A stretch of 63,967 bases of DNA, the filler included, from Collodictyon triciliatum (lineage: Eukaryota), in the NCBI GenBank assembly GCA_043381765.1. It is 8 parts of 8 records of this genome, joined end to end, with 100 filler letters (N's around TTAATTAATTAA, not from the genome) between each part and the next. Parts side by side here need not be neighbours in the genome. Positions count along the whole stretch, not along the records: positions 9,193 to 18,283 come from JBHJMP010003163.1; positions 18,384 to 27,472 come from JBHJMP010003164.1; 6 more parts are not named here. One strand, given 5' to 3'. Shown here piece after piece: positions 9,814 through 24,500 of the stretch; the first letter of the stretch is position 1, and the number at the start of each line of letters is the position of its first letter. Position numbers and translations under genes: made by a program. Under the pieces are notes generated by a model. The model did not search any database. It was not told the origin of the DNA and saw only the letters and a program-made list of their open reading frames with translations.

Positions 9814-12800
9814 TTATTTCGATGACTTGGATGTATTTTTGGCTCTCGTTGCACTGGCGGACATTGGGCGAGCTCTGGGTTGATGGTCTGAGGATTGACG
9901 CTGCTGGGGCGACCGCGATGGGCTTTGGCCTTGCCGCAGTTGCTTAGTGGGAGGCGATGGCGGGTTCGCAGTCTGAGGAATTGGATGGGCAGCGGATTCA
10001 CGACGCACAAGGATTTGGTCGATGATGTCTTGGGTGGGGCCTTGAGCTCCTTGAAGATCGGCACCATCTTCACTGCCCTCTGTGGTTCTGTCTTCATCAT
10101 TTCCTGCCCCGCCTCCGCCTCCGCTTGCATCTGCATCTGCATCCGCATTTGCGTCGTCTGTGGAGCTTATTCGAAGAGGCTCGCCAATATTTACAGGCGG
10201 AACAGAGTTTTGAGACTTCTGCTTGGGGATGGGTACGGATTCTTTGTTTGTACGGGGTGCACTTTGGCTCGGTGTTGCAGAGCTTTTTGCTCCACCTATG
10301 CCCCCCTCGGCCGAGTCACCTTGCACCTTGATAGCAAATTCCTTGTACTTTTGGAGCTTGGTCAATTCTCGAACTTCGGCCATTAGCAGCCTGTACGAAA
10401 TCCAGGCAGATTCAACTTCGCGACGAGTTTGAAGTAGTTTCATGAAAGAGACGATACGGTCTTCGATGCTCTTTCGGGTTTGCTGGACGTCTGGACTATT
10501 ATCTGTCGAGCATGCATGATTTAAGTATACTGATAAATATATATATTTAAAAAAAGCAATTATAGCCATACACAAAAATTAAAATATGACAACATTCGTA
10601 CAGAAAACAACGTAAACAAACCTTCTACAAGTTTCTTCATTAACTTTGCAATACGGGGTCTAGAATGTCTCCATTCATCATCCAAAAGTAAAAAATCATT
10701 AACCTGAATCAAATAGACAGAAAATCGAAAAATTAAAACTCAAGAATGAAAATTATAAGGTATAAAAGATAAAATTACCTTAGAAATACGCTCGCCTCTC
10801 GATGTATCAGGTTTTGTCACCATACCAAGGCTATATTGCTTGCATATCCTAATCAACAAAATAATTCAGATCATCGTATGAGTGCGCTGGTACTTCAAAA
10901 AAAAAAAAAAGAAAGAAGCACAGATATAAAATGGAAAAAAAAAATAATGAAATTCAGTATTATGTCATGTCAAGAGTTATTTTGGAAATTAAATTATTCG
11001 AAATATGTAATTGCTGACTTCACGAATGACTGGAGCCCGAGCCCATTGGTTCCTTCCAGACTAATACCCTCAGAAAACATTCGAAGTGCCTGACGTATAG
11101 GTAGTTTAGTTCTAATAATTCTTTAACAAGATAATTTTACATGAAATTTTAGTCCCAGCATCAACCTTTCGGTCTGAGACAGTAGGGTCGACCAGCTTGA
11201 CCATAGCTCGAAATTCCTCGTATTCCAGCTCTTCGTTATGATCAACATCGGCTGCTCTGAACATGGAAACCATTCGATCCGCTGCCTCGCTTTGGTCATT
11301 CTGCATCATGAATGAAATAATTTCATTTTTTTTGGAGATTTTCTTTAAAAATAATATTGATGATATAGTGAATTTTAAAGCAATATTTTTTGTGAGAAGT
11401 TATATAATACCCTCCAGGTATCAAGAACAACTTCCAAGAACTGGTCCAATAAAATTTCATAGTTACCTAATTAAGTGGTACATAAATTATTTTTCATGAA
11501 AAATATCCCAGGAAAATCTCGAATATAGTTCGTAAATGTATTAAATAGGCGAGTCATATTGCCCCGTCCCTACCAGATTGGTTAGCCTATAGTAAAAATA
11601 AGCAAAGTGAAAAATTGGTTTTTTTTTTTTATCATTTTGGAAAGTTCGGATTATTGATGACTTAAGAAAAACATGACATGAGACAGAGAGCTCACCTTTT
11701 CCTTGCTATTGGTGTTTGAAAGTATTTCAGATGCAGTTGGAGTCTTTCTTTTTGGACTTGTATCACGGCTATTTAATTTCGACATTAACAAAAAAAAATC
11801 AAAGAAAAAAGCGTATGAACAGCACCAAAATATTAAAATAATGACTGGGTTAGAAGTTCAGCGTTTTTCGATGCGATAACGAGTAACAATACTTCTCTGG
11901 TGAAGAACTGGATTTTTGGATTCGTTGAATCAATTTCTCTACATTTGCTGTGTCTAACCCAGAGAATAAAAACCTACTGACCTACAACGGAAGAATGTTT
12001 ATGAAAAGCTGCACCAGTATATTTTTAGCACTTCACTATCATGTTAGAATGAAGAAAGAAAAGAAAAAAGAAATATAATACAATATGTTGAAAAAAAAAG
12101 CATGTGTTCAATCGTAAGAGTTTACTTCAATTGCACGAGTGAGGTTGACACATCGCTGACCATCCAAATCTTCGTTGGTTATAGTTCCAGTTGAATAGTT
12201 TATAGTCACATTCCGAGAGAATCTGTTGCCGTTATGTCCGATATGTAAAATAAGATTAAAAGGAAGAGTTAAACATATTGAAAGCATATGAAACTTCGTT
12301 GTTACAGGTAAAAATTGAGTGCCGGGAGTCCTAATTCGTCTTCGATTCCGAGAAACCTCGCAAAAAGGCGGATTGTGACGGAGGAAGCTAGAATAGCTTT
12401 AGTTAAATGCAAATTTTTCACCAGTAGAAATTATGGGAGACTATCATGAGAGAGAGGACATATCCCTAAATTGTCATACCGGTGTATTTTCTCACAGTTG
12501 TGTAAAGATTGGCCAAGTGCTATGGAAATTTAATGCTTGATTTCTCTTCTTCACAGGGAGATGATTAATAGAAAAAAAAATAAAGGAATGTAAAGACGAT
12601 CTACTTACTCTCTCGGCGAGCTGCTTGAGACCATACTTATTTAGAAAGTAATCATACACAAAATCAGAAAATGATTGTCGGGCGTTATGTTCCCTGTTTT
12701 CAATAGAAATTTTGAATGTATGATAAAAAAAGTGCTATTCATGAAGCATGTACCTCAGTTCCATACATGTAATAATACATTAGAAATATGAGAAGGGGGT

Positions 12801-15556
12801 CTATTTCTACGAGTTAACAGGGAACAAAATGAATAGAAAAACATGGTGCTATAATGAAATATACTTCAAAATCCCTTATATAATTATGTTACCTATCATC
12901 AATATCATCAGCAATGATCTTTTCAGTGTATACGTTATTAATTATTTTGTATATAAGCCTCTTCGAGAGCGTTTGTCCTTAAAAAAATAATATTTAAAGA
13001 CATGGCAAATTATATGAATAGTTTTAATTGCTAGCTATATTAAACAGAAGAAAGAAAATATACATGTTGCTCGATATACTAAAACTTCGATTAGCTTACC
13101 ACGTCCAAAAAGGGTCTTCTTTTCAGGTTTGACTTTTTTCTATATTAAAAGTATTTCGTAACAAATTTGAATGAGTGTAAAGTCAGCCTTGAATGATAAA
13201 GGATGACTCTAGGCTAAACCCAATTCATGGAAAATTCAGGCATTCATTAATTTTCGAAATTCTAACCATCACAGCAATAATTTGTTCTTGATTTTCAACC
13301 GGTATATCTTCAGGCTCCAACAACTCTAATTCCTCTGTTTGAACGTCTCTATCCTCTGTAACAACCTAATTAAAATTCAAGTTTTAAACGAATGTGATTT
13401 TTTTTCCTTTTCTCTACTATTTCTTTCAATTTGTGCAAGAAGGTAGAGGTTTAGGCTTTGATTTTGATTACGTTATTTTCTTAAACAATTTTAGAGTGTG
13501 AGCGAAGACAAATTAATCATCTTACCTTTCTTCTAAAAGCCTGTTTTAAATGTTCAATTTCCTCTAGTAATTCCTATGTGAGTAGAATCGACATAATGTC
13601 ATTTTTTTAAAAAAAAAATATGCATTTAATAAGTTAAGCTGACACTTCGATATAAAAATAGTGATATTCACTTACCATTACCCTACGTCTTTCCTTATCT
13701 AGAGTCTCTGTAATCCTTTTCAAGGCCTCATCTTTCACCTTTTTTTCAAAAATAAATAAATAAATAGTTGAGTTTAAGATTGATATATGGTCATTCGCCG
13801 GATTTTAAAAAGGAACTGATAAAGATAGTAAAAGGAGTATGAACACTTATTTTAGAGCTATTCTGGATAGAAAAAAAGTGTATTATATCTTCAAAGTCTA
13901 TGTTCCGATTAATTTGATACAAGCACAAACCACCCTATCCTTTAAAACCCTAGCGTAGTCTTCCAGGACCTTACCTGTGCACAGATCAAGTTTATGGTAT
14001 GTTGCATTAAAAGAGAAAAGAAACACTCATAGCTGAAATGTCTAAATAGGTCACTGACCGACGATATCGGCATCCTTTTCCCATAGATCGATCAGTCCAA
14101 TCTCTCGAGTTTCTGGGTTTGACTCTTCTTCTCTACAATGACACAAATTTATTTTTTCATGATAATATTTCGGCTAACATCAAATAATGACATAGTCCAA
14201 GCTTCATGTGGTTATTTGCTCCAAGTATCGAAATTCTAATACTAAAACAGTAGAGGGAAAAGAAAAGAAACACGCTATCCAAAGAAAATAATTATCCGGT
14301 CCATACTTGACGCGATCAGCGAGCATATGACGACGTAGTACAGCAAGTCTTATACCCATGACTTCATCTCCACTATCAAGCACATCAAATCGTGCACAAT
14401 TCCGGTCAATCCTTTCGAGAATCTCTTCTCTTTTTCTGATTAAAGTTTGCAGCTCTTGAGTTTGGTTTTGGTTTTTCCATGTTTCTTTTTCACGGGCGTT
14501 CCAATTGTCCTCTCTGATCTGCCTCCGCAGCATTGAATTGTCATCCTCCAACCTAATTAGTGGAAAATAAACACATATCAGTAAACCACTGATTTATACG
14601 ATTAGCACTGATCTTTGGATGTTCATTCCAGATAAAAAAAACATATGATAAAAAGGAACATTTTACGAATTCTTCTCAAATATTATTGTACAGTTGGTTT
14701 GAAAGCTACCTCTTAATCTGGTCTTTGAGTTCTTGAATCTGGTCATTATACTTTGCAGCCATTTCAGCGAGAAGCTTTTCGTAATATTCTCTTACTGCGA
14801 GGAGTTGTTTAGAGTAATTTCTTTTCTTTTCTTCTTTATCATTTAAAAATTAGTATAACTGAATGTCAAGATGTACAATAGGACAATTAGGTTTCACTAA
14901 ATTTTGGTATATAGATATAAAATACGCACACGACTTTTGGTCCCTTATCAAATCCTCAATTCTTTTGGCATCCAATCGTCGAAATCCTTCAAAAACGTCG
15001 ATGTATCCTGCCCACAATCGTTTCATCAGGACACCTCTTTCAACGCAATGGACAGAGACCTATATATGTGATAGTGTGTATCATTCATTGATTTATTTAT
15101 TATATATGAAATACAGAAAATAGATGAAAAGTTGATAAAAAAATATGTGAAGAACCAGTTTCAGTTCACAGAATCGAAGAGAAAATCATTTGATTAACTG
15201 ATTTTTTTCCATAACAACAAAAATGTATTGGGTGTATCAACCTGTCGTAATAGTTCCGTAAAGCAGCCATCATGAATCTTTTTTCGGGCGGTTAGGTAAT
15301 CAACTAGTGAAATATCATCAGGCATTGTATGAGTGATTCAAATTAATATCCGTATTGTCATTTTTATTTTTCGGGGTTTAAGGAGAATAAGCGACAAGAA
15401 AGAAAACCTTGTTCATGAGAGCCTGATTCATCCAGTTTTGTAAGCATTGTATCCAGCGTGTTGGCGAGATATATCACCTATGTAAAATTTTTTTTGTTAC
15501 AATCAAGGTAGTGGATGTGTAGATATGAATATTCTGTTCCTTGTTGGTAGAACTGC

Positions 15557-15631
<75 letters not shown>

Positions 15632-16103
15632 GTAATAATAGTAAATAGCATCGTAATTAATGATATGTTTATTTCAGCATACGTACTTCTTTTCTGTTTG
15701 AGGGTTGGCGAGACGGGAAAACTGTCTTGCGCCATTGTTTTGTCTCCTCTATATCATAATCAATATATATATAGTATTGTCATTTAGTTTATCTTAATCG
15801 CAAGGTGTTAAAATTGGGTAAACGTGTGCTTTTCAGATTTGGAGATAATAAAGATGCTACTCTGAGATAGAGATGATAAAAATAGAAGGGACCATCGAAA
15901 TCGGCCTCTGCAGAAATCTCGTCTATTGGAGGAATCACAGAAGTGTCTTGAACATGAAACTTTGCTGGAATGAACGAATAATTTTCTGCTTTCCAGTCAA
16001 CATCACCGAATCGTTCGCTTTTCTCAATATCTCGGCTTGAATCAGGAACAAGAATGGGTTGATAGCTTTTTCTGTAAGTAATAGATGAATACATAAATGC
16101 AAA

Positions 16104-16150
<47 letters not shown>

Positions 16151-17436
16151 ATATCAACTCACTGCACAGGTGTCCGGTGCAACATATAATTAAATGTGGA
16201 TAATAAGTTTTGGATTATTAAAACCTCAACTAAAAGATCATAAAATTGAAATGAATATGAAATATGAGACATCCAATTATGTATGAAATAGTATACCCAG
16301 GAATATACATTCCATGAAAATTGCGGTCTCCGTTGGATGATATATCACGACCCTGAGTGAAAATAGACGATGAAATGGTGTTGAATACTTCTAATTTAAC
16401 AAATATCATTTTTGGACTAGCCAATGACTTTATCATAATATTATCAAATGTTTTTTTTTTGAAAAATGGAGTATTATACTGCTATTTTAACAAGCATTTT
16501 TTGGTTAAAAAAAAAAAGGAGGACGACAGGTCTTTTTGGATTTCAGTCCAAACATATAAATGAGCCGAATGCAATCGTCTTAACATAGCTACTTTGTCGA
16601 ATTTGATTGCTATGGCCGATGCTATATCCTCAGGAGTGAACTGTGTGTCTGACAGAAGCTCAGGGTTGGACTGCATTGTTTTCCAATCGAGTGTGTTTGG
16701 CAGTGCTGTCAGAGTTGGAGATGCAAATACCGTTGTGTGGGAACCGGCAGATGAAGTGGTCGACTTTGCTGACCATGGACGACTTAAATTTTTTGCTTTG
16801 GGCCTCAACTCAGATAGCCCATGTGAGTTTGAACGGTTGCTGCTGTATTTCATCGATATACTTTATTTTATTTCTTCGGCAAAGGATTGATATCATTGAA
16901 CATAAAATGTACTGTAATCTTGCATCTTCCAGCATCTTTTAAGTACAAAGGAAATAGATTTACATATATTTCCTTGTTTTGATATGATAGAGAGCTTGTA
17001 AGTGGAAAAGAAAAAGGGAATAAAAAACTTGTCATACCGAATAAAACAGAGACACAAATACAAAAAAAAAATGTAGAGAAAATAATCGCCCCAAATACAA
17101 ATAATCAGGTAAAAAAAAATATAAGAACATAGTAATCTACCAAAGAAAAGAAAAATAAATAGATAAATAAATAAATAAATAATTTAAAAACGTAACGAAT
17201 AATATGAAAATGCATAAAACGGGAAAACGGACGAAGCAGCTGAGAGGGCATCCCAACACTAACCTTGCAGACGTTGGTCTAGAAACACCTGCGCTACGCG
17301 GGCGGCCGTGTGTTTGCGCAGCACTTGCTGGATGCAGGCTGTGTAGTGAGCTTTGGGCTGCAGAGGGACTTGGAATGGAGCGAATGCGCGAGAAAGCCGT
17401 GCCTGCAGAGGCCGTCGGAACAGACACAAAGCTCAT
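9814..17436 (-). CDS. Multi-exon flagellar-type protein: axonemal dynein light chain (p28/AXDND1-like) domain, coiled coil, helical domain and EF-hands
   Basis: Spliced exons read VDYLTARKKIHDGCFTELLRQ|VSVHCVERGVLMKRLWAGYIDVF (p28/Ax_dynein_light signature ELxRQVxxxCxERGxL), then ARQSFSDFVYDYFLNKYGLKQLAE, IRLFARFLGI and the EF-hand MFRAADVDHNEELEYEEF. ATG at 17436, stop at 9814. The introns I checked are GT-AG. Confidence 0.75.
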
Positions 17437-17690
17437 TTGATGCGCAGGATCACTAGGAGATAAATAGAAAAGGTGAATGGTATTAATAGAGTCAGTCTAC
17501 AGGAAAGTGGGTCAATTTATAAATATAACTTATTGATGGGTTCCTCTGCAAAGTAAAATGTATGGATGATCACAGTTTAGAGTCTCAAAAGAAAAGTAAC
17601 AAGTAAAATATGGTGCTAAAATCTGTTATGAGAAAGATTGAAACAGGCAGATAAGAAAAGAGGGTGGACGACATTTTTTTTTTTTTTTGC

Positions 17691-18020
17691 TCTTTATTCT
17701 GTGCTGTTTTTTTGGGTGGATGTACTAGCATTTATAACTATCTGCGCGCTTGTTACCTTTCTTTGTATATTTTTTTTAACTTTTTTTTAACTTTTTTAAC
17801 CTTTTTTTTTTTTACTGTTTTACTTTTTTACTTTTTTTTACTGTTTTACTGTTTTATTTTTTTTACTTTTTTTACTTTTTTTACTTTTTTTACTTTTTTT
17901 AACTTTTTTTAACTTTTTTTACTTTTTACTTTTTTACTTTTTATACTTTTTATACTTTTTATACTTTTTTTTACTTTTTTTTACTTTTTTTTTCTTTTTT
18001 TTACTTTTTTTTACTTTTTT

Positions 18021-18052
<32 letters not shown>

Positions 18053-18283
18053 TTTTTTGATCTTTATTCTGTGCTGTTTTTTGCGTGGATGTACTAGTAT
18101 TTATAACTATCTGCGCGCTTGTTACCTTTCTTTGTATATTTTTAACTTTTTTTAACTTTTTTTTAACTTTTTTAACTTTTTTAACTTTTTTAACTTTTTT
18201 TAACTTTTTTTTAACTTTTTTAACCTTTTTTTTACTTTTACTTTTTTTACTTTTTTTTTTAGTTTTTTTTTTTTTTTTTTTAG
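17691..18283. repeat. About 370-bp tandem duplication: an about 85-bp unique cassette plus (TTTTTTAAC/TTTTTTTAC)n low-complexity tract
   Basis: TCTTTATTCTGTGCTGTTTTTT...GTGGATGTACTAG(C/T)ATTTATAACTATCTGCGCGCTTGTTACCTTTCTTTGTATATTTT starts at both 17691 and 18061. Confidence 0.85.
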
Positions 18284-18520
18284 NNNNNNNNNNNNNNNNN
18301 NNNNNNNNNNNNNNNNNNNNNNNNNNNTTAATTAATTAANNNNNNNNNNNNNNNNNNNNNNNNNNNNNNNNNNNNNNNNNNNNTTGTTTGTTTGTTTGTT
18401 TGTTTGTTTGTTTGTTTGTTTGTTTGTTTGTTTGTTTGTTTGTTTGTTTGTTTGTTTGTTTGTTTGTTTGTTTGTTTTTTTCATGCTCCTTTTCCTTCAA
18501 AATCCTTGCAAAAATTTAAG

Positions 18521-21500
18521 CATATCAAAGTCCTCGAGATGTACGAGGCAGAGTCAAAAATTGTATTTTTTCTTTGCTCACAAAAGGTATTTATCTAATT
18601 TGTACCTCATATATTTTTGAAATACAACGGATGATTTCGAAGAGAGTTCCAAGCTCATCATGAAAAAATCACTGGGATAGTTGCCGCAGACAATGAAAAT
18701 TTCATATTCACTTCATCATCAGACGGTGTGGTTCATAATTGGGATATCAATGAAGGTTTTGTTTATTACCCAGTAATACTGTATGTTTATTTATATCGCT
18801 TTCAGTCTCATAATAATTTACCGAAGAAAAATGGTTATATATACCTTACTATGGTATACAATAGTAAGCCCCGATAATTAGTATGAAATTTCTATCTATC
18901 AGGCAAGAGATATGTCCATTTCATGCCGCTTGTTCATTCAAGTTCAATACGTTGTATTCGCTATATCCGCGGAAAAGATCGAATCATAGTTGCCAGTAAT
19001 GATGGTTGTATATACATTTGGAGAGCTTCATCATCAACAAAGCTAGGTGTTATTTCTTCAAACTCTCAATGGTAAAGGCCATGCATCAGTACATAATGAT
19101 GCAATCATAGCTAAATGGAGGAATTATCTTTATATAATGGATTATTTGCTCCAATTGAACAGTTCTGTCTTCTCTCCTATTATCATATAAGGAAGCCAGG
19201 AACTTCCTCGAATAGGATTGCATGGAAAAACAACACGTCAAGACATAGTGGTCTAGCTAAAGATAAAATTGAACTTAAAAGCAAAAATATTACAAAACAA
19301 TCATGTATTCCTCGCATACTATTTTATATTAATATAGCTGTAGGTTATTCACGAACCAAAATGCATCCATAGGTCCTCTCACCTTTTGCGACATCTCTGA
19401 AGATTTGATAAATCTGGCAACTTGTTCAACCGATGGTACATGTAAAACATGGAACATTTTCAGCTTTTACAAGGACAGTTTAGTTGTTCAATCTAAGGTG
19501 AGAAATCACTTTTAATGCGCGGGTCATTTATGTAATTCTAAAAAATACAAATCAACGTTATGAATATTTACGTGTGGCCATTCTTTTCTTCGTTTCATAT
19601 TTGCTTCTGCAAGATTTTTTAATATACTTTCAAATAAATCTGTCAACTTCAAGAGCCAAGAAAGGACACACGATACGAGGATTAATCTTGCATCCATGGA
19701 GCTCAACCATGGGAGTGTAAGTTATCGCACTCCATCTCACACAGGAGGCGATTTTCCGATAAGTGAGTCTTCTTGATATACATAATGAAAGACGTGATTT
19801 CTTTGCCCAATTATTGAGAAAATTAACCATTAAATAGTGCCCAGATATATAAAAAAATTGAAATTATGTCTTAAAGGTGTAGGTTATCATGCTGATCCCC
19901 TATTGACCATGCGGCACGAAGATGAGGTAACGTGCGTATCTCAGTCTAAAGATAATCGGTATGTCTTACATTTTTTTCCTTTTCAGTTTGATGAATCCGA
20001 TTTTTTTTTTTTTTTACTCAAAATTAATATCAGTTTTGCTTATCCTTACAGTCCGACTCAGATTTGTTAAAATAAAATCCAGCCTCCTAAAGAGCGATGA
20101 TTATTCTTATTATTTTGCATATTTCATAAAAAAAAAAATACACATCAAGTTAATGCTATAGTCGCCGTTTAGGTTCATCATAACAGGGTCATCTGATTCG
20201 ACCCTTCGAATATGGGACACAAATTCTGGAAACATGATTTTTCAGTGCAATGTACCCGAATCTGTAGATTCGATGCATTACATGCAGAACTCCCGAAAGC
20301 TTTTCTGTTCATGTGGTTCATCTATTCTCGTTCGTACTTGGATATTAAAATCAATCTATATATATATCAGATTTTGCAAAGATATATTGTCTAATACAAA
20401 ATACTCAAACCCAGGTATTCTATATCTTACTTGAAGGAAAATACCCGACGTTAGTAGCATTATTTTACAATGATAAATCCCATCGCAGTAACAATAGGAC
20501 CAGTCTTATATGAAATTTTACGAGCAGCTGTAAATTTAATTTACTTTTGATGTCCTTTGAATGATAATTGTATCTTAATCATTAAATTTGAAGGGATGAA
20601 GAGATGCATACTTTAGAATCCTACTTGGGCATCAACGAGCATGAAAAAGACACATATGAACGTCTGCTTTTTCAGCCTGTCAAGGGTATGTCTTTTCCTT
20701 TTTGGAAAATATGTACTTCGACTCCATGAAATATGTTTGAATCAATCTCGTTTATTAATTTTATNNNNNNNNNNNNNNNNNNNNNNNNNNNNNNNNNNNN
20801 NNNNNNNNNNNNNNNNNNNNNNNNNNNNNNNNNNNNNNNNNNNNNNNNNNNNNNNNNNNNNNNNNNNNNNNNNNNNNNNNNNNNNNNNNNNNNNNTTTAT
20901 TTGTTTATATACCCATCATGACTATCTTAAACAAGGGGTTTGTATACTCACTGTTCTATTTATATTGCTATGCCATTACATATTTTCTTATTTCAGATAC
21001 ACAAGATACAGTTTCATGCTTGGTTGATCTTCAAAATGAAGGTAGCCAAAATAAGAGAAGAGGAGACCTACAAAATACAATTAAGAGTATGAATCCACTA
21101 CGCATAAGTAGTGTGCATATTTCTGGTAAATCAGATAATCACGGAGATGGCGACCATGAAAAGCTCGAACATTCATCCCACCGAGATAAATCTGATGAGG
21201 AGGGGATGCCATCGTATCTTCAAAAAAGAATAGCTTCTCGTGCTAAACTTTCAAATTCTGGCAAAAAGCAATTTTTTGAACACACGGTGACAAGCACTTT
21301 CAACTCAAATGAAATTGGAATAATGATCAAGGATGAAAGCTTAGATTCATTCTCTTTGAATAAGACGCTAACTGAAAAATCAAGGTCACTGCAAGTATCG
21401 AAGGAGTATACGGATGTCACAGAAGCTTCTTTCAAGCATAACTTTGGTATGGAACCTCAATCAGCCCGTTTTCCTGAAAAATCCTCGGCAGATGCATACA

Positions 21501-24500
21501 TATTAGTCCCAGACCAACCGAATAGTGCCGCCATTACCAGAGGCAAGTCGATGAACTCAATAAATGAAGCCCCTGGGAGCATCTCAATGAGAAAACCTCC
21601 AAGGAGACCTCACCATACCGTAGATTCTCAAGCATTATCAATACCGATGAAACACCATAGCCAAACGATTACAAGAGGATCTACATTGCACCATTCTCGT
21701 CGTTTGGCAAAACAGAACCCAGACCTAGGACAAGATGGACTTGTGGAAGGACGTGAGACCGTATTGCTCTGTAAAGATAATCAATTGCAAGGTAGAAATG
21801 CCGGGGAGGATAAGATCGAAAATGACTTACCATCGTTTCTCCAAGATTTTGAAAGTAGCGCAAAGCAGCATGTCAGGGCTTCATATAATGCAGGAGGCGA
21901 GCTTGGTCCTCATTTTTTGGTTAATGGAAAGCCTTCCTCTATGAAAACGGCATCCATAAATAGATATCTACATAAATACGTAGACATAACAGAGTATGAG
22001 TATCTGAATGGGACCGAAAATCCACGCATCCGCGGGCCTCAAGGTAATTCACCGGATGAACAATACTCTATGAATTACCGCTCCCTTGATGAAGGTTTGT
22101 ATCTTATCACGTTTCATTTCTAAAGTTTGTGACATGAACAAAGATACTGCATTTGGACTAGTCATACTGGACTCCAATTTTCAATCGAATATAATGGCGA
22201 TGGTTTTCTGAGTTATGTGGCGATAATTTTTCGCCGCCTTAAATGTTAAATGTGATAACTTTTTTTTCTTGATTTTTCGAACGATGCACGATTGCTCCAT
22301 AAACTCAATCTCGAAAGACGATCCTAACGAACTGGCTCCAATTCTGCAACCACTTTATGATGAGCATATACAAAATTCGAAGCTCGGGCGGAAAGATATT
22401 AAAAGAAGTTCTCTTTCTTTTTCTCTTCTCTTCTCTTCTCTTCTCTTCTCTTCTCTTCTCTTCTCTTCTCTTCTCTTCTCTTCTCTTCTCTTCTCTTCTC
22501 TTCTCTTCTCTTCTCTTCTCTTATTCTCACTAATATTAGTATTTCATAATTTGAGTATACTGCTCCTATATTTTCGTTTGAAACTAATGGACTCATATAT
22601 TCATAGATATGGTTCCTTCTCACATCATCCAAAGAACGATTGCACACGGCATGATTTCACCTTCTTTCATAGTAGATATGTTGAGAAAATATCCGGAAAT
22701 AAAGGAAGTAGGTCACACACACACCAATTTGTTTTGAACCATCTACATCCCTAATTGTTAATCAATTTCAAAAATTTATTTGACCTCGAGATGTGTATAA
22801 TTATTTATTTATTTATTTTTTTAAAAAAAGTAATACACTCTTACCGACCTTCTACAGGAGTCTCTGGTAGAAAATCTTGAACACTTCAAAATATCACCCA
22901 TCCAACTAATGCGATTGTTTGCTTCATCAAATTTTGACCTGAAAGATGTTTTAACTGGATTGTCTCAGCCGAGAGAAAAAGGAATGTCCCTTTTTCGATG
23001 TGTCTTGACTGTATGTGCATGTATTTTGGGATTAAAATAAACTTCTCTAATTAATTTAAATGCCATATGAAGTTTTTCATTTTTAGACTTACTGATTGAT
23101 TGTATTTTTTTTTTTAAAAAAAAAGGGGAAATCAATACTTGGTCCCATGGTAGACTTAGGATATAAACCTAAAAATGTGGCGGAGGAAAAGCAACGTAAT
23201 GCTTTTTTTTAAAAAAGAAAAATTATATCAAACATTTCTTGTAAATCGGACCCTATTCACTGAATATGCCTCAGATTTAAGTGACATCAACTGGAAGGAA
23301 TTGAATCGATATTTAACCCCCGCAGCCAAAAGAGTTGATGTACTGGTCATATATTCATCAACTTAGGAAAACCATATGAATCGACCAAGCGATTATAACC
23401 ATCTCTTGAAAATTAAAATAATGCTATTTTACTTCTACCTGCACATAAACAAAGGTATCAAAACCGTTCGACCCAGCAGAAATCCAGACGAATATAATTA
23501 GATATAAACCATCAGAGATTTTGAGAAACATTGAGGGTATGTTTACTTTTCATCTTAAATGTAGCTATGCCTACGATATTATCAATAAATTTTACTATCT
23601 GTCAATAGATATGCAGCATAACAGGGAACTGCCTGTCGATATCGTGAATCGAATATACCGAAATCCTGAGTACCCTAATCTACATCCAAACATGGTGTAC
23701 CGAGATGGAGACCTCCCACAGACAGTTTGAACTATCCTATTGCACCCTTCCATCATTCATGAAATGATTGCGTCTATCAAAAGAGTGTTTTTCCTCCTAA
23801 AAATAGTAATTTGTCCCTACAGCCGTACATCGACAAACCTAACGGTGAACGGAATCTACTCGGCCATGCTGGGTATAGAAATATACGTAAAATACGAGTC
23901 GATTTCCCATTTGTTGATTATCATTCGGGGTTCGATTTGTACTAGGGACCCATGTATCGAGAACCTAGACGAACAGTCTGCACAAGTTAGGCGTGGAAGA
24001 GCCGCACTGCCAGAGGTTTGCGCAGTCATGCACATTACTACTTTGCAGATGCAAAAGTTTAGAATCAGATTCTTGAAAAGGTTATGAATGCTGACTTATT
24101 TATTCCTTTTTTTTTTTTTTTTTTTTTTTTGGAAAAGAGCATATTTTTCGGGATGGAAGACTCTGAAGAACCAATCCTATACACGATAATAAGCTATATT
24201 AGTCCTAAACTTGAAATACCTAGATATTTAACAGACGAGGTATTTCTATTTTCTTTCATTCTTTGCTTCAAGCAAAAAAGTAAAAGTATAAGTAAAATAT
24301 TATAATTACTGGCTAAATTTATATCATTATGAATTGAAGGAATTTGAAGCACAGTTTGCTGGTGCAGTAGAAAAGAATGGCCAGAGTAAAGGCGAATTTC
24401 TTGTGCGTGGTCTAGCAATAGAAGCCGAAAGAAATACAGAGTAAAAAGAAATAATGACACCGCCATTAAAACTCAAGCTAGTCTTTAGATCTTCGAATAT

